Assembly (NCBI GenBank): GCA_036500145.1
Contig: DASYCO010000057.1
Location: 23,212-87,211, forward strand
Reading direction: 5' to 3'
Source: Alphaproteobacteria bacterium
Lineage (GTDB): Bacteria; Pseudomonadota; Alphaproteobacteria; SMXQ01
Length of the DNA stretch: 64,000 bases
Shown: one piece after another, positions 21,565 to 31,442 of the stretch
Position numbering within the stretch: position 1 is the first letter of the stretch
How the letters are laid out: every line of letters starts with the position of its first letter
Made by a program: the position numbers and the translations under genes
Notes under the pieces: model-generated
What the model was told of the DNA's origin: nothing
Databases searched by the model: none
What the model saw: the letters and a program-made list of their open reading frames with translations, nothing else

Positions 21565-22479
21565 CTAGGGCGTGGCGGCAGTCGCAGCGGGGGCGATGCC
21601 GAGCTCTTCCATCTTCTCGGCGACGGACAACAAGTCCCGCCACGCCTCGCGCTTCTGGCCGGGGCTGCGCAGCAGGTAGGCCGGGTGGAAGGTGGCGATG
21701 ATCGGCACCGGGTGGCTCATGCGCGGCGTCTCGTAGGAGTGCCACTGGCCGCGCAGGCGGGTGATGCCTTCCGAGCGGGCGAGCATGGTCTTGGCGGCGA
21801 TGCCGCCGACCAGCACGATCACGGCCGGGTCGATCAGCTCGATGTGGCGCTCGACGAAGGGCAGGCAGGCGCCGATCTCGCCCGGCGTCGGCGTGCGGTT
21901 GCCGGGCGGCCGCCAGAACAGCACGTTGGTGATGTAGGCGTTCTCGGCGCGGCTGAGGCCGATATGGGACATCATGCGGTCGAGCAGCTGGCCGCTGACG
22001 CCGACGAAGGGCAGGCCCTGGCGGTCCTCGTCGGCGCCCGGCGCCTCGCCGATGAACATGACGCGCGCCGCGGGGTTGCCGTCGGCGAAGACGAGGTTGG
22101 TCGCCGTCTTCTTCAGGGCGCAGCCATCGAAGGCGGCCAGGGCGGCGCGCAGTTCCTCGAGGCTGTTGGCCGCCGCGGCGGCCGTGCTGGCCGAATGGAG
22201 CAGCTCGACGTTCTGGCTGCCCGAGGCGGAATAGGTCGGCGTCTGCAGGATGGCGGCCGAGGCGCGCGGCCCCTCTGCGGCGGCAGTGGGCGCGGCGACG
22301 GGCGCGGCGGCGCGAGGTTTCGCAGCGGCGGGGGCAGGCGCAGGCGCTTCCGGCTTGGCCGCCTTCGAGACGGCAAAGCGGTCGACCGGCTCGTCGGCGA
22401 GGGCTTCGTCGGCGCCGGCGTCGACCTGCCAGCGCAAGGCGGCGAGCGCGTCGAGGGCGGGAAAGGCTGATTCGGACAT
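21565..22479 (-). CDS. Uracil-DNA glycosylase, family 4
   Basis: Motif [26 protein letters not shown] and HPAYLLR; Ala/Pro-rich N-terminal extension. Confidence 0.75.
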   Translation of the reverse strand: MSESAFPALDALAALRWQVDAGADEALADEPVDRFAVSKAAKPEAPAPAPAAAKPRAAAPVAAPTAAAEGPRASAAILQTPTYSASGSQNVELLHSASTAAAAANSLEELRAALAAFDGCALKKTATNLVFADGNPAARVMFIGEAPGADEDRQGLPFVGVSGQLLDRMMSHIGLSRAENAYITNVLFWRPPGNRTPTPGEIGACLPFVERHIELIDPAVIVLVGGIAAKTMLARSEGITRLRGQWHSYETPRMSHPVPIIATFHPAYLLRSPGQKREAWRDLLSVAEKMEELGIAPAATAATP

Positions 22480-22633
22480 GGCGAAGTCCTATCATGGGCG
22501 GTGGGCGCGTGAAATCCTCCTGGAGGACCGCGTGAACCATTTTTGGGATTCGTACAGGTTGCGGGACTCGCCCTAATCGCTACACTCGCCGCTTCACCCA
22601 ATGGCCTTTCAAGGCCGCCTTCTAGGAATCAGC

Positions 22634-24301
22634 ATGTCGCCGCGCGATGCCCAGCCTCGGGAAATGATGGAATTCGATGTGGTCATCGTCGGGGCCGGGC
22701 CGTCCGGCCTGTCGGCGGCGATCCGCCTGAAGCAGCGCGCGGCGGATGCGGGCCGCGAGCTGGCGGTCTGCGTCATCGAGAAGGGCTCCGAGGTCGGCGC
22801 GCACATCATGTCGGGCGCCGTGCTCGAGCCGCGCGCGCTGAACGAGCTGATCCCCGACTGGAAAGAGCGCGGCGCGCCCCTGAACACGCCGGCCGGCGAG
22901 GATCGCTTCCTGTTCCTCACCAAGACGGCGAGCGTTCGCCTGCCGACGCCGCCGCAGATGAACAACCACGGCAACTACATCATCAGCCTCGGCAACTTCT
23001 GTCGCTGGCTGGCGAGCCAGGCGGAAGAGCTCGGCGTCGAGATCTATCCGGGCTTCGCCGCCGCCGAGGTGCTGTACGACGAGGCGGGCAACGTCGCGGG
23101 CGTCGCCACCGGCGACATGGGCGTCGGCAAGGACGGCGAGCCGACGGCGAACTACCAGCGGGGCGTCGAGCTGCGCGCCAAGCTCACCTTGTTCTCCGAA
23201 GGCTGCCGCGGCTCGCTGACCAAGACGCTGATCCAGCGCTTCGGCCTGCGCGACGACGACCACCCGCAGACCTACGGCCTCGGCGTGAAGGAGCTGTGGG
23301 AAGTCGATCCGAAGCAGCATCACCAGGGGCGCGTCATCCACACGGTCGGCTGGCCGATGGACGCGAAGACCTACGGCGGCTCCTTCATCTATCACCTGGA
23401 GAACAACCAGGTGGCGGTGGGCTTCGTCGTCGGCCTCGACTACGAGAACCCCTATCTCAGCCCCTTCGAGGAGCTGCAGCGCTTCAAGCAGCATCCGGAC
23501 ATCCGGCCGATCTTCGAGGGCGCGCGCCGCGTCGCCTATGGCGCGCGCGCGCTCAACGAAGGCGGCTTGCAGGCGATCCCTGAATTGGTCTTCCCGGGCG
23601 GCGCGCTGCTCGGCTGCTCGGCGGGCTTCCTCAACGTGCCGAAGATCAAGGGCATCCACACGGCGATGAAGTCGGGCATGACGGCGGCGGAAGCCGCTGC
23701 CGACCTGCTGCTGACGGATGCGCCGCCGGCGTCCGTCACGCTGAACGACTACCCGACGCGGCTGAAGAAGACCTGGCTGTGGGACGAGCTGGCCAAGGTG
23801 CGCAACATTCGCCCGGCCTTCCGCTGGGGCCTGTTTGCCGGCATCGTCTACGGCGCGCTCGAGACCTACATCTTTCGTGGCCGCGCGCCCTGGACCTTCA
23901 GGCATCACGCCGACCACAAGAGCCTGAAGAAGGCGAAGGACTGCACGCCGATCGCCTATCCGAAGCCGGACGGCAAGGTCAGCTTCGACCGGCTGTCCTC
24001 GGTGTTCATCTCGAACACCAACCATGAGGAGAACCAGCCGAGCCACCTGCGCCTGGCCGATCCGTCGCGCGCCATTACGGTGAACCTCGCGGAGTACGAC
24101 GCGCCGGAGCAGCGCTACTGCCCGGCCGGCGTCTACGAGATCGTGCGGGAGGCGCCTAACCAGCCAGATGGGGGGCCGCGCCTGCAGATCAACGCGCAGA
24201 ACTGCGTGCACTGCAAGACCTGCGACATCAAGGACCCGACGCAGAACATCAACTGGACAGTGCCGGAAGGCGGCGGCGGGCCCAACTACCCGAACATGTG
24301 A
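22634..24301 (+). CDS. etfD: Electron-transfer flavoprotein:ubiquinone oxidoreductase (ETF-QO)
   Basis: FAD-binding DVVIVGAGPSGLSAA, C-terminal 4Fe-4S CVHCKTCDIKDP ... NYPNM; ORF could start at 22601. Confidence 0.9.
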   Translation: MSPRDAQPREMMEFDVVIVGAGPSGLSAAIRLKQRAADAGRELAVCVIEKGSEVGAHIMSGAVLEPRALNELIPDWKERGAPLNTPAGEDRFLFLTKTASVRLPTPPQMNNHGNYIISLGNFCRWLASQAEELGVEIYPGFAAAEVLYDEAGNVAGVATGDMGVGKDGEPTANYQRGVELRAKLTLFSEGCRGSLTKTLIQRFGLRDDDHPQTYGLGVKELWEVDPKQHHQGRVIHTVGWPMDAKTYGGSFIYHLENNQVAVGFVVGLDYENPYLSPFEELQRFKQHPDIRPIFEGARRVAYGARALNEGGLQAIPELVFPGGALLGCSAGFLNVPKIKGIHTAMKSGMTAAEAAADLLLTDAPPASVTLNDYPTRLKKTWLWDELAKVRNIRPAFRWGLFAGIVYGALETYIFRGRAPWTFRHHADHKSLKKAKDCTPIAYPKPDGKVSFDRLSSVFISNTNHEENQPSHLRLADPSRAITVNLAEYDAPEQRYCPAGVYEIVREAPNQPDGGPRLQINAQNCVHCKTCDIKDPTQNINWTVPEGGGGPNYPNM

Positions 24302-24307
24302 CCGGGC

Positions 24308-26071
24308 TTACTTGCCGGACTGCTGGACGGCCGCGCCGCGCTTGGAGCTCGCGAGGCGGAGGCCGAGCGTGACGATCAGCAGGAAGGCGATCATCAGCGT
24401 GCCGATGGCGCCGACGCCCTCGACGTTGCCTTCGTCCCACATGTTCCAGATCAGCACCGAGAGCACCTGGTGCTCCGAGCCCTCGTAGAGCAGCAGCGGC
24501 GCGCCGGCCACGCGGATCGCGTGCAGCATCGTCCACACCCAGACGCCGACGAAGGTCGGCAGCATCAGCGGATAGAAGACGCGCCACATGGCGCGCCACG
24601 GCGCCGCGCCCGAGGCGTAGGCGGCTTCTTCCAGGTCCTTGTGGATCTGCAGGATCGCCGCGTTCATCGCGCGCGTGCCGTAGGCCATGAAGCCGACCGC
24701 GAGCACGATGGAGATCGCCCAGATGCCGCCGTGCAGGTCGATGCCGTACTTGGCGCCCTTGAGGAACACCAGCAGGAAGGCGAGGCCCATGACGATGCCC
24801 GGGATGGCGTGCGGCATGAAGGAGAGCTGGTCGAGAATCCGGCGGCCCCAGAACTTCGAGCGCACGATCACCAGGGAGATGACGAAGGACAGCACCACTG
24901 TGAGGGTGGAGGTGATGACGACCAGGTAGAGCGTGTTCATCAGCACCTGGCCGATCAGCGGCGTGCGCCACAGGTCGATGTAGTGCGCGAAGTTCATCGT
25001 CTTGAAGGCGGCGATCGAGGGCGAGCGCAGGAACGGCAGGAACGAGACGTAGGCCAGCACCATGAAGGGCAGGATGATCGAGAAGGAGAGGAACGCCAGC
25101 ACGAGGGCGATCGCCGCCCAGCGCATGCGGCCGAGCTTGGTCTCGCGCGGGCGGTAGCCCTTGCCGGTGACGATGGTGAAGCGCTCGGAGCGGGAGATCA
25201 CCTTGGCGTAGCCCCAGGTCGCGCCGATGGCGAGCAGCACGTAGATCATGGCGAGGGCGTCGGCCTGGCCATAGGCCGGCGACAGCGCGCTGGAGTTCAT
25301 CAGCGAATAGATCTTCGTCGAGAAGACGTAGATCGACGCCGGCAGGCCGAGCACGCCCGGCACCTCGAACACCTCCAGCGCGGTCATGCACTGGTAGATC
25401 ATGATGGCGAGCAGGCCCGGCAGCATGACCTTGAGCGTGACGCGGCGCAGCGTGCGGCTCGGCTTGGCGCCGGACATGGCGGCCGCCTCTTCCAGCGCCG
25501 GATCCATCGAGCGCAGCAGCGGCACCAGCATCAGGAAGGCCGTCGGCACGAGGCGCAGGCCCTCGATGAAGATCATGCCGCCCATCGAATAGATGTTGAT
25601 GGGGGCGAGGCCGACAAAGCGCAGCAGCTCGTTGAGGTAGCCGATGCGCGGGCTGAGCAGCAGCACGTAGGCCATGGCCTGCAGCATGCCGGGCATGGCG
25701 AGCGTCATCGGCACGCCGGCATAGATCCAGAGCTTGCCGGGAATGTTGGTGCGTTCGACCAGCCAGGCGAGCGTGCCGGCCAGCGCGATGCCGAAGGCCG
25801 TCGCGCCGGCGACGTAGATGAAGGTGTTGGTGAACAGCGCGTAGGTGCGCGGATCGAGCCAGACCTCGCGGTAGTTGGCGAGGGTGAGCGCCGTGAGGTC
25901 GAAGTCGGTCGGCAGTTCGGCGACGGACAGGCTGCCGAGGACCAGGAAGACGAGCGGCGTTCCCACCACGAAGAGGACGGCCAGGAACAGCACCCAGTGC
26001 CACGGGTTCACGCGCGAGAACTTGGTGCGCGCGTAGCCGTAGGCCGCATCCGACATGGTCAGTACAGACAT
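24308..26071 (-). CDS. ABC transporter permease, fused two-domain (iron(III)/FbpB-type); no ATPase gene adjacent
   Basis: 587-aa polytopic ORF with two tandem permease halves each containing EAA-like loop. Confidence 0.75.
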   Translation of the reverse strand: MSVLTMSDAAYGYARTKFSRVNPWHWVLFLAVLFVVGTPLVFLVLGSLSVAELPTDFDLTALTLANYREVWLDPRTYALFTNTFIYVAGATAFGIALAGTLAWLVERTNIPGKLWIYAGVPMTLAMPGMLQAMAYVLLLSPRIGYLNELLRFVGLAPINIYSMGGMIFIEGLRLVPTAFLMLVPLLRSMDPALEEAAAMSGAKPSRTLRRVTLKVMLPGLLAIMIYQCMTALEVFEVPGVLGLPASIYVFSTKIYSLMNSSALSPAYGQADALAMIYVLLAIGATWGYAKVISRSERFTIVTGKGYRPRETKLGRMRWAAIALVLAFLSFSIILPFMVLAYVSFLPFLRSPSIAAFKTMNFAHYIDLWRTPLIGQVLMNTLYLVVITSTLTVVLSFVISLVIVRSKFWGRRILDQLSFMPHAIPGIVMGLAFLLVFLKGAKYGIDLHGGIWAISIVLAVGFMAYGTRAMNAAILQIHKDLEEAAYASGAAPWRAMWRVFYPLMLPTFVGVWVWTMLHAIRVAGAPLLLYEGSEHQVLSVLIWNMWDEGNVEGVGAIGTLMIAFLLIVTLGLRLASSKRGAAVQQSGK

Positions 26072-26220
26072 TCACATCCCCCGCCGGTCCGCCTTCTGAA
26101 GCGTCGGACTCGGCTCATGCCGGACATTACCCGGCAAGCCTTGATTGAACGAAGCCGATTACCCTTTCCCGAAGACGCTGGCCTTGGCGGCTCCATTTCG
26201 CTGTCTTCGAGAAGGGCTGG

Positions 26221-26270
26221 ATATTGCATTCAAGATTTCAGAGGAACAATGAATATTTTAATGAAGCCAC
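26221..26270. promoter_or_regulatory. Conserved AT-rich regulatory module (copy A); copy B at 29757-29807
   Basis: atattgcattcaaGatttcagaggaacaatgaatattttaatgaagccacc vs atattgcattcaaTatttcgacggaacaacgactattttaatgacgtcacc. Confidence 0.45.
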
Positions 26271-26399
26271 CTGCTTGCGACAGCCTGCCATGAGCGGCTG
26301 TTTGCCTTTGTGCATCAGTCGCTTTCTCAATCCTGATCTGAAAGTATCCCGAGTTATCTATAAGAGTTGTGAAGGGGCAGCCGGGCCATCGCAAAGCGA

Positions 26400-26460
26400 T
26401 TGACGAGAATTTTGCATCCAAATATTAGGCGTGGCCTATAACCTTTGCATTTATGCATTC
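26400..26460 (+). promoter_or_regulatory. Sigma70-like promoter TTGACG-N17-TATTAG plus TTTGCAT direct repeats, upstream of VOC operon; duplicated at 29969-30030
   Basis: TTGACGagaattttgcatccaaaTATTAGgcgtggccTATAACctttgcatttatgcatt; near-identical module TTGACTcggtttttgcatccaaaTAAGAGgcgtatccTATAATctttgcatttatgtaatt before SBP2. Confidence 0.45.
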
Positions 26461-26600
26461 ACCGTTCTGTGCTGCTATTCCCGCCGGTTCGAGGCTGGCG
26501 CGGCGCGCATCGCGGCGGAGCGGCGGAACCAAGGCAGCAAGACAAAAAGGGGTTCGACGGCATCGCCGTCGCGAGCCCCGTTCGGGAGGAAGCGGAGTCC

Positions 26601-27398
26601 ATGGCATCGAAGATCAACCATGTCGCGATCATGAGCGGGAACTACGCGCTCGAATCGAAGTTCTACGAAGCCCTGTTCGGCATGAAGAGCTCGCCGAACA
26701 ACCGGCCGACCCGCGCCGTCTCCATCGGCGACGGCTATGTCGGCATGAACATCAATCCGCGCCGCGCCGGACGCCCAGGCCGGCTCGACCATTTCGGCAT
26801 CCAGGTGGACGACCTGGAGGCGACCGTCGCCCGCCTGAAGGAGCGCTATCCCGAGTGCGAGGTGCTGAAGCGCCCGAGCTCGCGGCCTTTCGCCGACGTC
26901 TCCAACCACGACCCGGACGGCAACGTCTTCGACCTGACGCAGGCGAAGGGCGGCAACCTCAAGGACATCTACGCCCACAACGACTGGCAGTCGGAGCGCA
27001 GCATCAGCCACATTGGCATCCGCACCATGAACGCCGAGGCCTGCGCCGAGTTCTACATGAAGATGTTCGACCTCAAGCCGGCCAACCTGCCGATCGAGAA
27101 GGCCTACGGCGTCACCGACGGCCATGTGACGCTGATCCTCATGCCCTGGAGCATCAAGGACTACGCCGACACCGGCGTCTCGGGCCCGGGCATGGAATAC
27201 ATCGGCTTCAAGATCGAGGACCTGGACAAGTTCAAGCAGGACGTGGTGGCGGCCGGCGACGCCAATCCGCTGCTGACGCCTGCGCCGCTCGGCGTCGGCG
27301 CCGCCGGCAAGGCGCGCCTCGATATGCTGCAGCGCATGGGGCTCGGCTCCTGGCAGCTTGCCGATCCGGACGGCGTGCTGCTCGACATCGTCGCGTAA
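26601..27398 (+). CDS. VOC (glyoxalase/bleomycin-resistance/extradiol dioxygenase) family protein, two-domain, paralog 1
   Basis: 265 aa from ATG 26601 (INHVAIMSGNYALESKFY...); GGAG-like RBS upstream. Confidence 0.7.
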   Translation: MASKINHVAIMSGNYALESKFYEALFGMKSSPNNRPTRAVSIGDGYVGMNINPRRAGRPGRLDHFGIQVDDLEATVARLKERYPECEVLKRPSSRPFADVSNHDPDGNVFDLTQAKGGNLKDIYAHNDWQSERSISHIGIRTMNAEACAEFYMKMFDLKPANLPIEKAYGVTDGHVTLILMPWSIKDYADTGVSGPGMEYIGFKIEDLDKFKQDVVAAGDANPLLTPAPLGVGAAGKARLDMLQRMGLGSWQLADPDGVLLDIVA

Positions 27399-27426
27399 AG
27401 AATCAGAGAAACCAGGGACGCAGGCG

Positions 27427-28251
27427 ATGAAGGCCAGAATCAACCATCTCACCATCCTCAGCGAAGACCACTACGCGCTCGGCCGCTTCTACGAAGGCTT
27501 CTTCCACATGCGGCCGGCGGCGACGCAGCAGCCGCTGGGAGACGTGCGGATCGGCGACGGGCATGTCGGACTGAACATCAATCCGCGCCTGTCGGGCTAC
27601 CGCGCGCAGCTCGAGCGCTTCGGCATCGAGGTCGACGACATCGCGCAGGCCATGGGCCGCATCCGCGAACGCTATCCGGCCATCGAATGGCTGGAGCCGC
27701 CCAGCGGCGAATCCCCTGCCAGCCAGAAGGGTGCCTCGATCTCCATTCACGACCCGGACGGCAACGTCTTCATCCTCTCCCAGGCGGGCCGGAAGGATCG
27801 CGACGACATCTACGAGCCCAGCGATCAGAAGCAGGCGCGCGCCATCGACCATGTCGCCTTGCGCGTGCTGCATCCCAGGCAGGTGGCGGAGTTCTACGAG
27901 ACGGTCTTCGAGCTGAAGCGGCTCGACCGGCCGTCGGACAACGGCACCGTCTTCCTCTCCGACGGGAACGTCACGCTGGTCGTCATCCCCTGGCGGCTGA
28001 GCGACTTCCTCGGCACCGGCATCTCGGCGCGCGGCATGGACCACATCGGCTTCAGGGTCGAGAGCGTCGCCGCGCTGAAGGCCGACATCGAGCAGGCGAC
28101 CGCGCGCAATCCGGGCTTCCAGCCGAGCTCCAGCGTCGTCGGCCGCGGCAAGGAAGGCGGCGGGCGCCTGACCATGTTCCGCAAGAGCTGCCCCCTCGGC
28201 TGCCACCACTTCGCCGATCCCGACGGCCTGCTGCTCGACGTGACGGAATAG
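27427..28251 (+). CDS. VOC family protein, two-domain, paralog 2
   Basis: 274 aa from ATG 27427 (MKARINHLTILSEDHYALGRFYEGFF...), same block structure as paralog 1. Confidence 0.7.
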   Translation: MKARINHLTILSEDHYALGRFYEGFFHMRPAATQQPLGDVRIGDGHVGLNINPRLSGYRAQLERFGIEVDDIAQAMGRIRERYPAIEWLEPPSGESPASQKGASISIHDPDGNVFILSQAGRKDRDDIYEPSDQKQARAIDHVALRVLHPRQVAEFYETVFELKRLDRPSDNGTVFLSDGNVTLVVIPWRLSDFLGTGISARGMDHIGFRVESVAALKADIEQATARNPGFQPSSSVVGRGKEGGGRLTMFRKSCPLGCHHFADPDGLLLDVTE

Positions 28252-28354
28252 CGCCGGCCGCGCGGCAAGAGCCGCATACGGAAAAGGGGAGCCTTTCGGC
28301 TCCCCTTCTCATGCTCCCTGGCTGCCCACCCCCCGATGGGCGCCGGGGATCATC

Positions 28355-29521
28355 TCATTCCTCTTCGCGCTTGCCCTGCTCGACAGGCTGCGTCCAGTAG
28401 GAGTTCCAGACCTTCAGCATCGTCTTGTCGAGATCGCTGCCCAGCATCTCCTCGTCGCGCACGACAGTCGGCTTGTTGAGCGTGGTCTCAGCGAAGGGGA
28501 CGAAGCGGCTCGACTGCAGCCCCTTGTGCACCGGGATCGAGTTCGAGGTGGCGAACTGCATGACCTGCCCCTCGCTGCTCATCAGCCAGTTGATGAACAG
28601 CCGCGCGCCGTCCTTCTGCTTGGCCTTGTCGAGCATCACGATCTGCGACAGCGTGATGGGCACCGGGTCCGGGCAGTGGTAGCTGATCGGCGCGCCCTTG
28701 TCGGAATATTCCTGGGCGCGGCGCTCCGGCGCGGGCTGGTTGGCATAGAACTCGCCGGCGACGGACAGGGCGGTGACCGCCATCATGCCTTCCTTGCGCT
28801 GCTGCGGCACGACCTCGGTGAAGAGGCGGCGGGTGAAGTCCTGCCCCCAGGCCTCGCCCTTCGTGGTCCACAGCGCCAGCAGCCAGGTGTCGGGATAGTT
28901 GGAGATCGCCAGGTTGCCGTTCTTCCACACCGGGTTGGTCAGCAGGTCGTCCCAAGTCTTCGGCAGGTCGGCCTGCTTCACCTTCGCGGTGTTGTAGGCC
29001 ATGCAGCGGAAGGCCAGCTTGTAGCTGGCCCAGGTGCCGTCGGCGGCGGCGTACTTGCTGTCCATGTTCTTGAAGCCGGGCAGCTCGCGCAGGTCGGCGA
29101 GCGCGTTCATCTTCTTGAGCTGCACGTAGGAATCGGTCGGGCTCATCAGCACGTCGGCGATGGCGCGGTCCTCGCGCAGGGCGAGGATCACCTTGATGCC
29201 GCGCGCGGCGGTGCCGGCGCGCGTGTAGGCCAGCTTCACCGACGGATAGCGCTCGTTGAAGGCCGTCGTCATGCGGCGGAACTCGTCGTCCTTCCAGGTG
29301 CCGAGGATGACGACGCCGGCGCCCTTGCTGGCGCCGTCGAGCCAGGCCTGCGGCACCTTCAGCTCGTCGTCGAGGCCGTTCAGGATCGAGGCGTCGAGCT
29401 TGAGGTCGGCGAGCACCTTCTGCGTCGCCTTCGGCAGGTCCGCGGCTTGCGCGTTCGCCGCGACGATCGACGTCAGGCCCAGGGCCAGAACGGATATGCC
29501 CGAAAGCATCCAATTACGCAT
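28355..29521 (-). CDS. ABC transporter periplasmic solute-binding protein (family 1, FbpA/iron(III)-like), paralog 1
   Basis: Signal peptide MRNWMLSGISVLALGLTSIVAANAQA; paralog of 30112..31284. Confidence 0.75.
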   Translation of the reverse strand: MRNWMLSGISVLALGLTSIVAANAQAADLPKATQKVLADLKLDASILNGLDDELKVPQAWLDGASKGAGVVILGTWKDDEFRRMTTAFNERYPSVKLAYTRAGTAARGIKVILALREDRAIADVLMSPTDSYVQLKKMNALADLRELPGFKNMDSKYAAADGTWASYKLAFRCMAYNTAKVKQADLPKTWDDLLTNPVWKNGNLAISNYPDTWLLALWTTKGEAWGQDFTRRLFTEVVPQQRKEGMMAVTALSVAGEFYANQPAPERRAQEYSDKGAPISYHCPDPVPITLSQIVMLDKAKQKDGARLFINWLMSSEGQVMQFATSNSIPVHKGLQSSRFVPFAETTLNKPTVVRDEEMLGSDLDKTMLKVWNSYWTQPVEQGKREEE

Positions 29522-30111
29522 GTCGTGAATCCCTCTTTTGCCGGATCGTTTCGACGCGTTTCCGCGTCCAAGCGCGAAGGTGGCGCGGGCATGGCCGCAG
29601 GCCGCCTCCAACAATCATTTGCGCTGACATTCCCTGTTGGCCGCCTCGCCGACGTGCGCGGCGATGCCTGGCTCGAAGCCGATATTTCCTGCCCGCGATG
29701 TTTTTGTCCGAAGGCCTGCGCCTTGTGGCGCTCTCGCTGTTCTTCGGTTGCTGCGAATATTGCATTCAATATTTCGACGGAACAACGACTATTTTAATGA
29801 CGTCACCTTCGCTCCGCGCGCTGTGCGGTCGGGCGCCCTCACCCTTGTTCGCCAATCCATTTCCGGCGGGAAATGCTGCGGTGCCGCAGGTTATCTATAA
29901 GACTCATCTCGCCTGTCAGCGCGCGCGGCGATGAATGAAGACGCCGCTCGCAGGGAACGACAAAGACGTTGACTCGGTTTTTGCATCCAAATAAGAGGCG
30001 TATCCTATAATCTTTGCATTTATGTAATTCCCTTTTCCGTGCGGCACTTTTGGACGGAGGGGGAATGCGCCAGTCCGCGTACGCGTCCCCTCTCATGAAA
30101 AGGATTGCCTC

Positions 30112-31284
30112 ATGAACAACGGGCTATACGCGACAGTCGCGGCGCTTGCTCTGACCCTCGCGTTCGGCGGCGCAGCGGCCGCGACGGACCTGCCGCCGTC
30201 GACGCAGAAGGCATTGGCCAAGATGAAGGTCGACCCCAAGCTGATGGACGGGCTCGACGACGAGCTCAAGGTGCCTCAGGCCTGGCTCGACGACGCCGCC
30301 AAGGAGAAGGAAGTCATCATCCTCGGGACCTGGCCGAACGCCCAGTTCCGCACGATGACCGAGCCGTTCCGCGAGCGCTATCCGGCCATCAAGCTCAACT
30401 ACAACCGCTCCGGCACGGCGGCCCGCGGCCTGAACGTGGTCATCGCGCTGCGCGACGGCCGCGTCGTCGCCGACGTGCTGACCAGCATCGCCGACGCCTT
30501 CCTGCCGTTCATGCAGATGAAGGCTTTCGCCGACTTGCGCGAGCTGCCGGGCATCAAGAACGTGCCGAGCGAGTTTGTCGCCGCCGACGGCACCTGGGTC
30601 AGCCACAAGCTGTCCTACCGCTGCATCGGCTACAACACCACGAAGGTGAAGAAGAGCGACCTGCCGCAGACCTGGGACGACCTGCCGAACAACCCGCTGT
30701 GGAAGAACGGCAACCTCGCGATCACCAACCATCCGAACTCCTGGCTGCTCGGCCTGTGGGACGACAAGGGCGCGGCTTGGGGCGAGAACTTCACGCGCCG
30801 CCTGTTCCAGGACGTGAAGCCGCAGCCGCGCAAGGAAGGCATGTCGGCGGCGACCGCGCTCACCGTCGCCGGCGAGTTCTACGCCAACCTGCCCGCGCCC
30901 GAATGGCAGATCCAGGGCTACATCGACAAGGGCGCGCCCATCGCGCTGCATTGCCCCGATCCGGTGCCGATCACGCTGTCGCAGATCGTGATGATCGACA
31001 AGTCGCCGCGCAAGAACGCGGCGCGCGTCTTCATCAACTGGATGCTGAGCCGCGAGGGCCAGGTCATGCAGTACTTCGACTCCTACGTCGTGCCGGTGCA
31101 CAAGGACCTGCAGATCCCGCAGTTCGATCCGGCGTCCGAGTCCATCGTCGGCAAGAAGAAGAACATCCGCGACGACACGCGCCTGCTCGGCAGCGACCTG
31201 CACAAGCAGATGCTGAAGAGCTGGAACGGCTACTGGCTCGGCGCCGGCGGCGATCCGTCGGCCGGCGGGGAGGGCTCCGAATAG
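30112..31284 (+). CDS. ABC transporter periplasmic solute-binding protein (family 1), paralog 2
   Basis: 390 aa with signal peptide; shares blocks LDDELKVPQAWLD, HCPDPVPITLSQIVM, FINWMLS with paralog 1. Confidence 0.75.
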   Translation: MNNGLYATVAALALTLAFGGAAAATDLPPSTQKALAKMKVDPKLMDGLDDELKVPQAWLDDAAKEKEVIILGTWPNAQFRTMTEPFRERYPAIKLNYNRSGTAARGLNVVIALRDGRVVADVLTSIADAFLPFMQMKAFADLRELPGIKNVPSEFVAADGTWVSHKLSYRCIGYNTTKVKKSDLPQTWDDLPNNPLWKNGNLAITNHPNSWLLGLWDDKGAAWGENFTRRLFQDVKPQPRKEGMSAATALTVAGEFYANLPAPEWQIQGYIDKGAPIALHCPDPVPITLSQIVMIDKSPRKNAARVFINWMLSREGQVMQYFDSYVVPVHKDLQIPQFDPASESIVGKKKNIRDDTRLLGSDLHKQMLKSWNGYWLGAGGDPSAGGEGSE

Positions 31285-31442
31285 CGCGTGCCGGCGTCGC
31301 CTTTCGCCAGCGGCCGCAGCAAGACCGCCAGTCAGACTTGAGACATTCCGGACAGCGGCGTCGCCCAGGCGGGCGGCGCCGCTCGTTCGTCGATTTCACC
31401 GCTTAACATCACCATTAAAAGATACCTGAGGAGGATACGTCC

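Noticed and set aside
22622-24211. 529-aa minus-strand ORF
   Set aside because: Antisense shadow of ETF-QO.
24470-26293. 607-aa plus-strand ORF (His/Asp/Arg-rich)
   Set aside because: Antisense shadow of the ABC permease gene.
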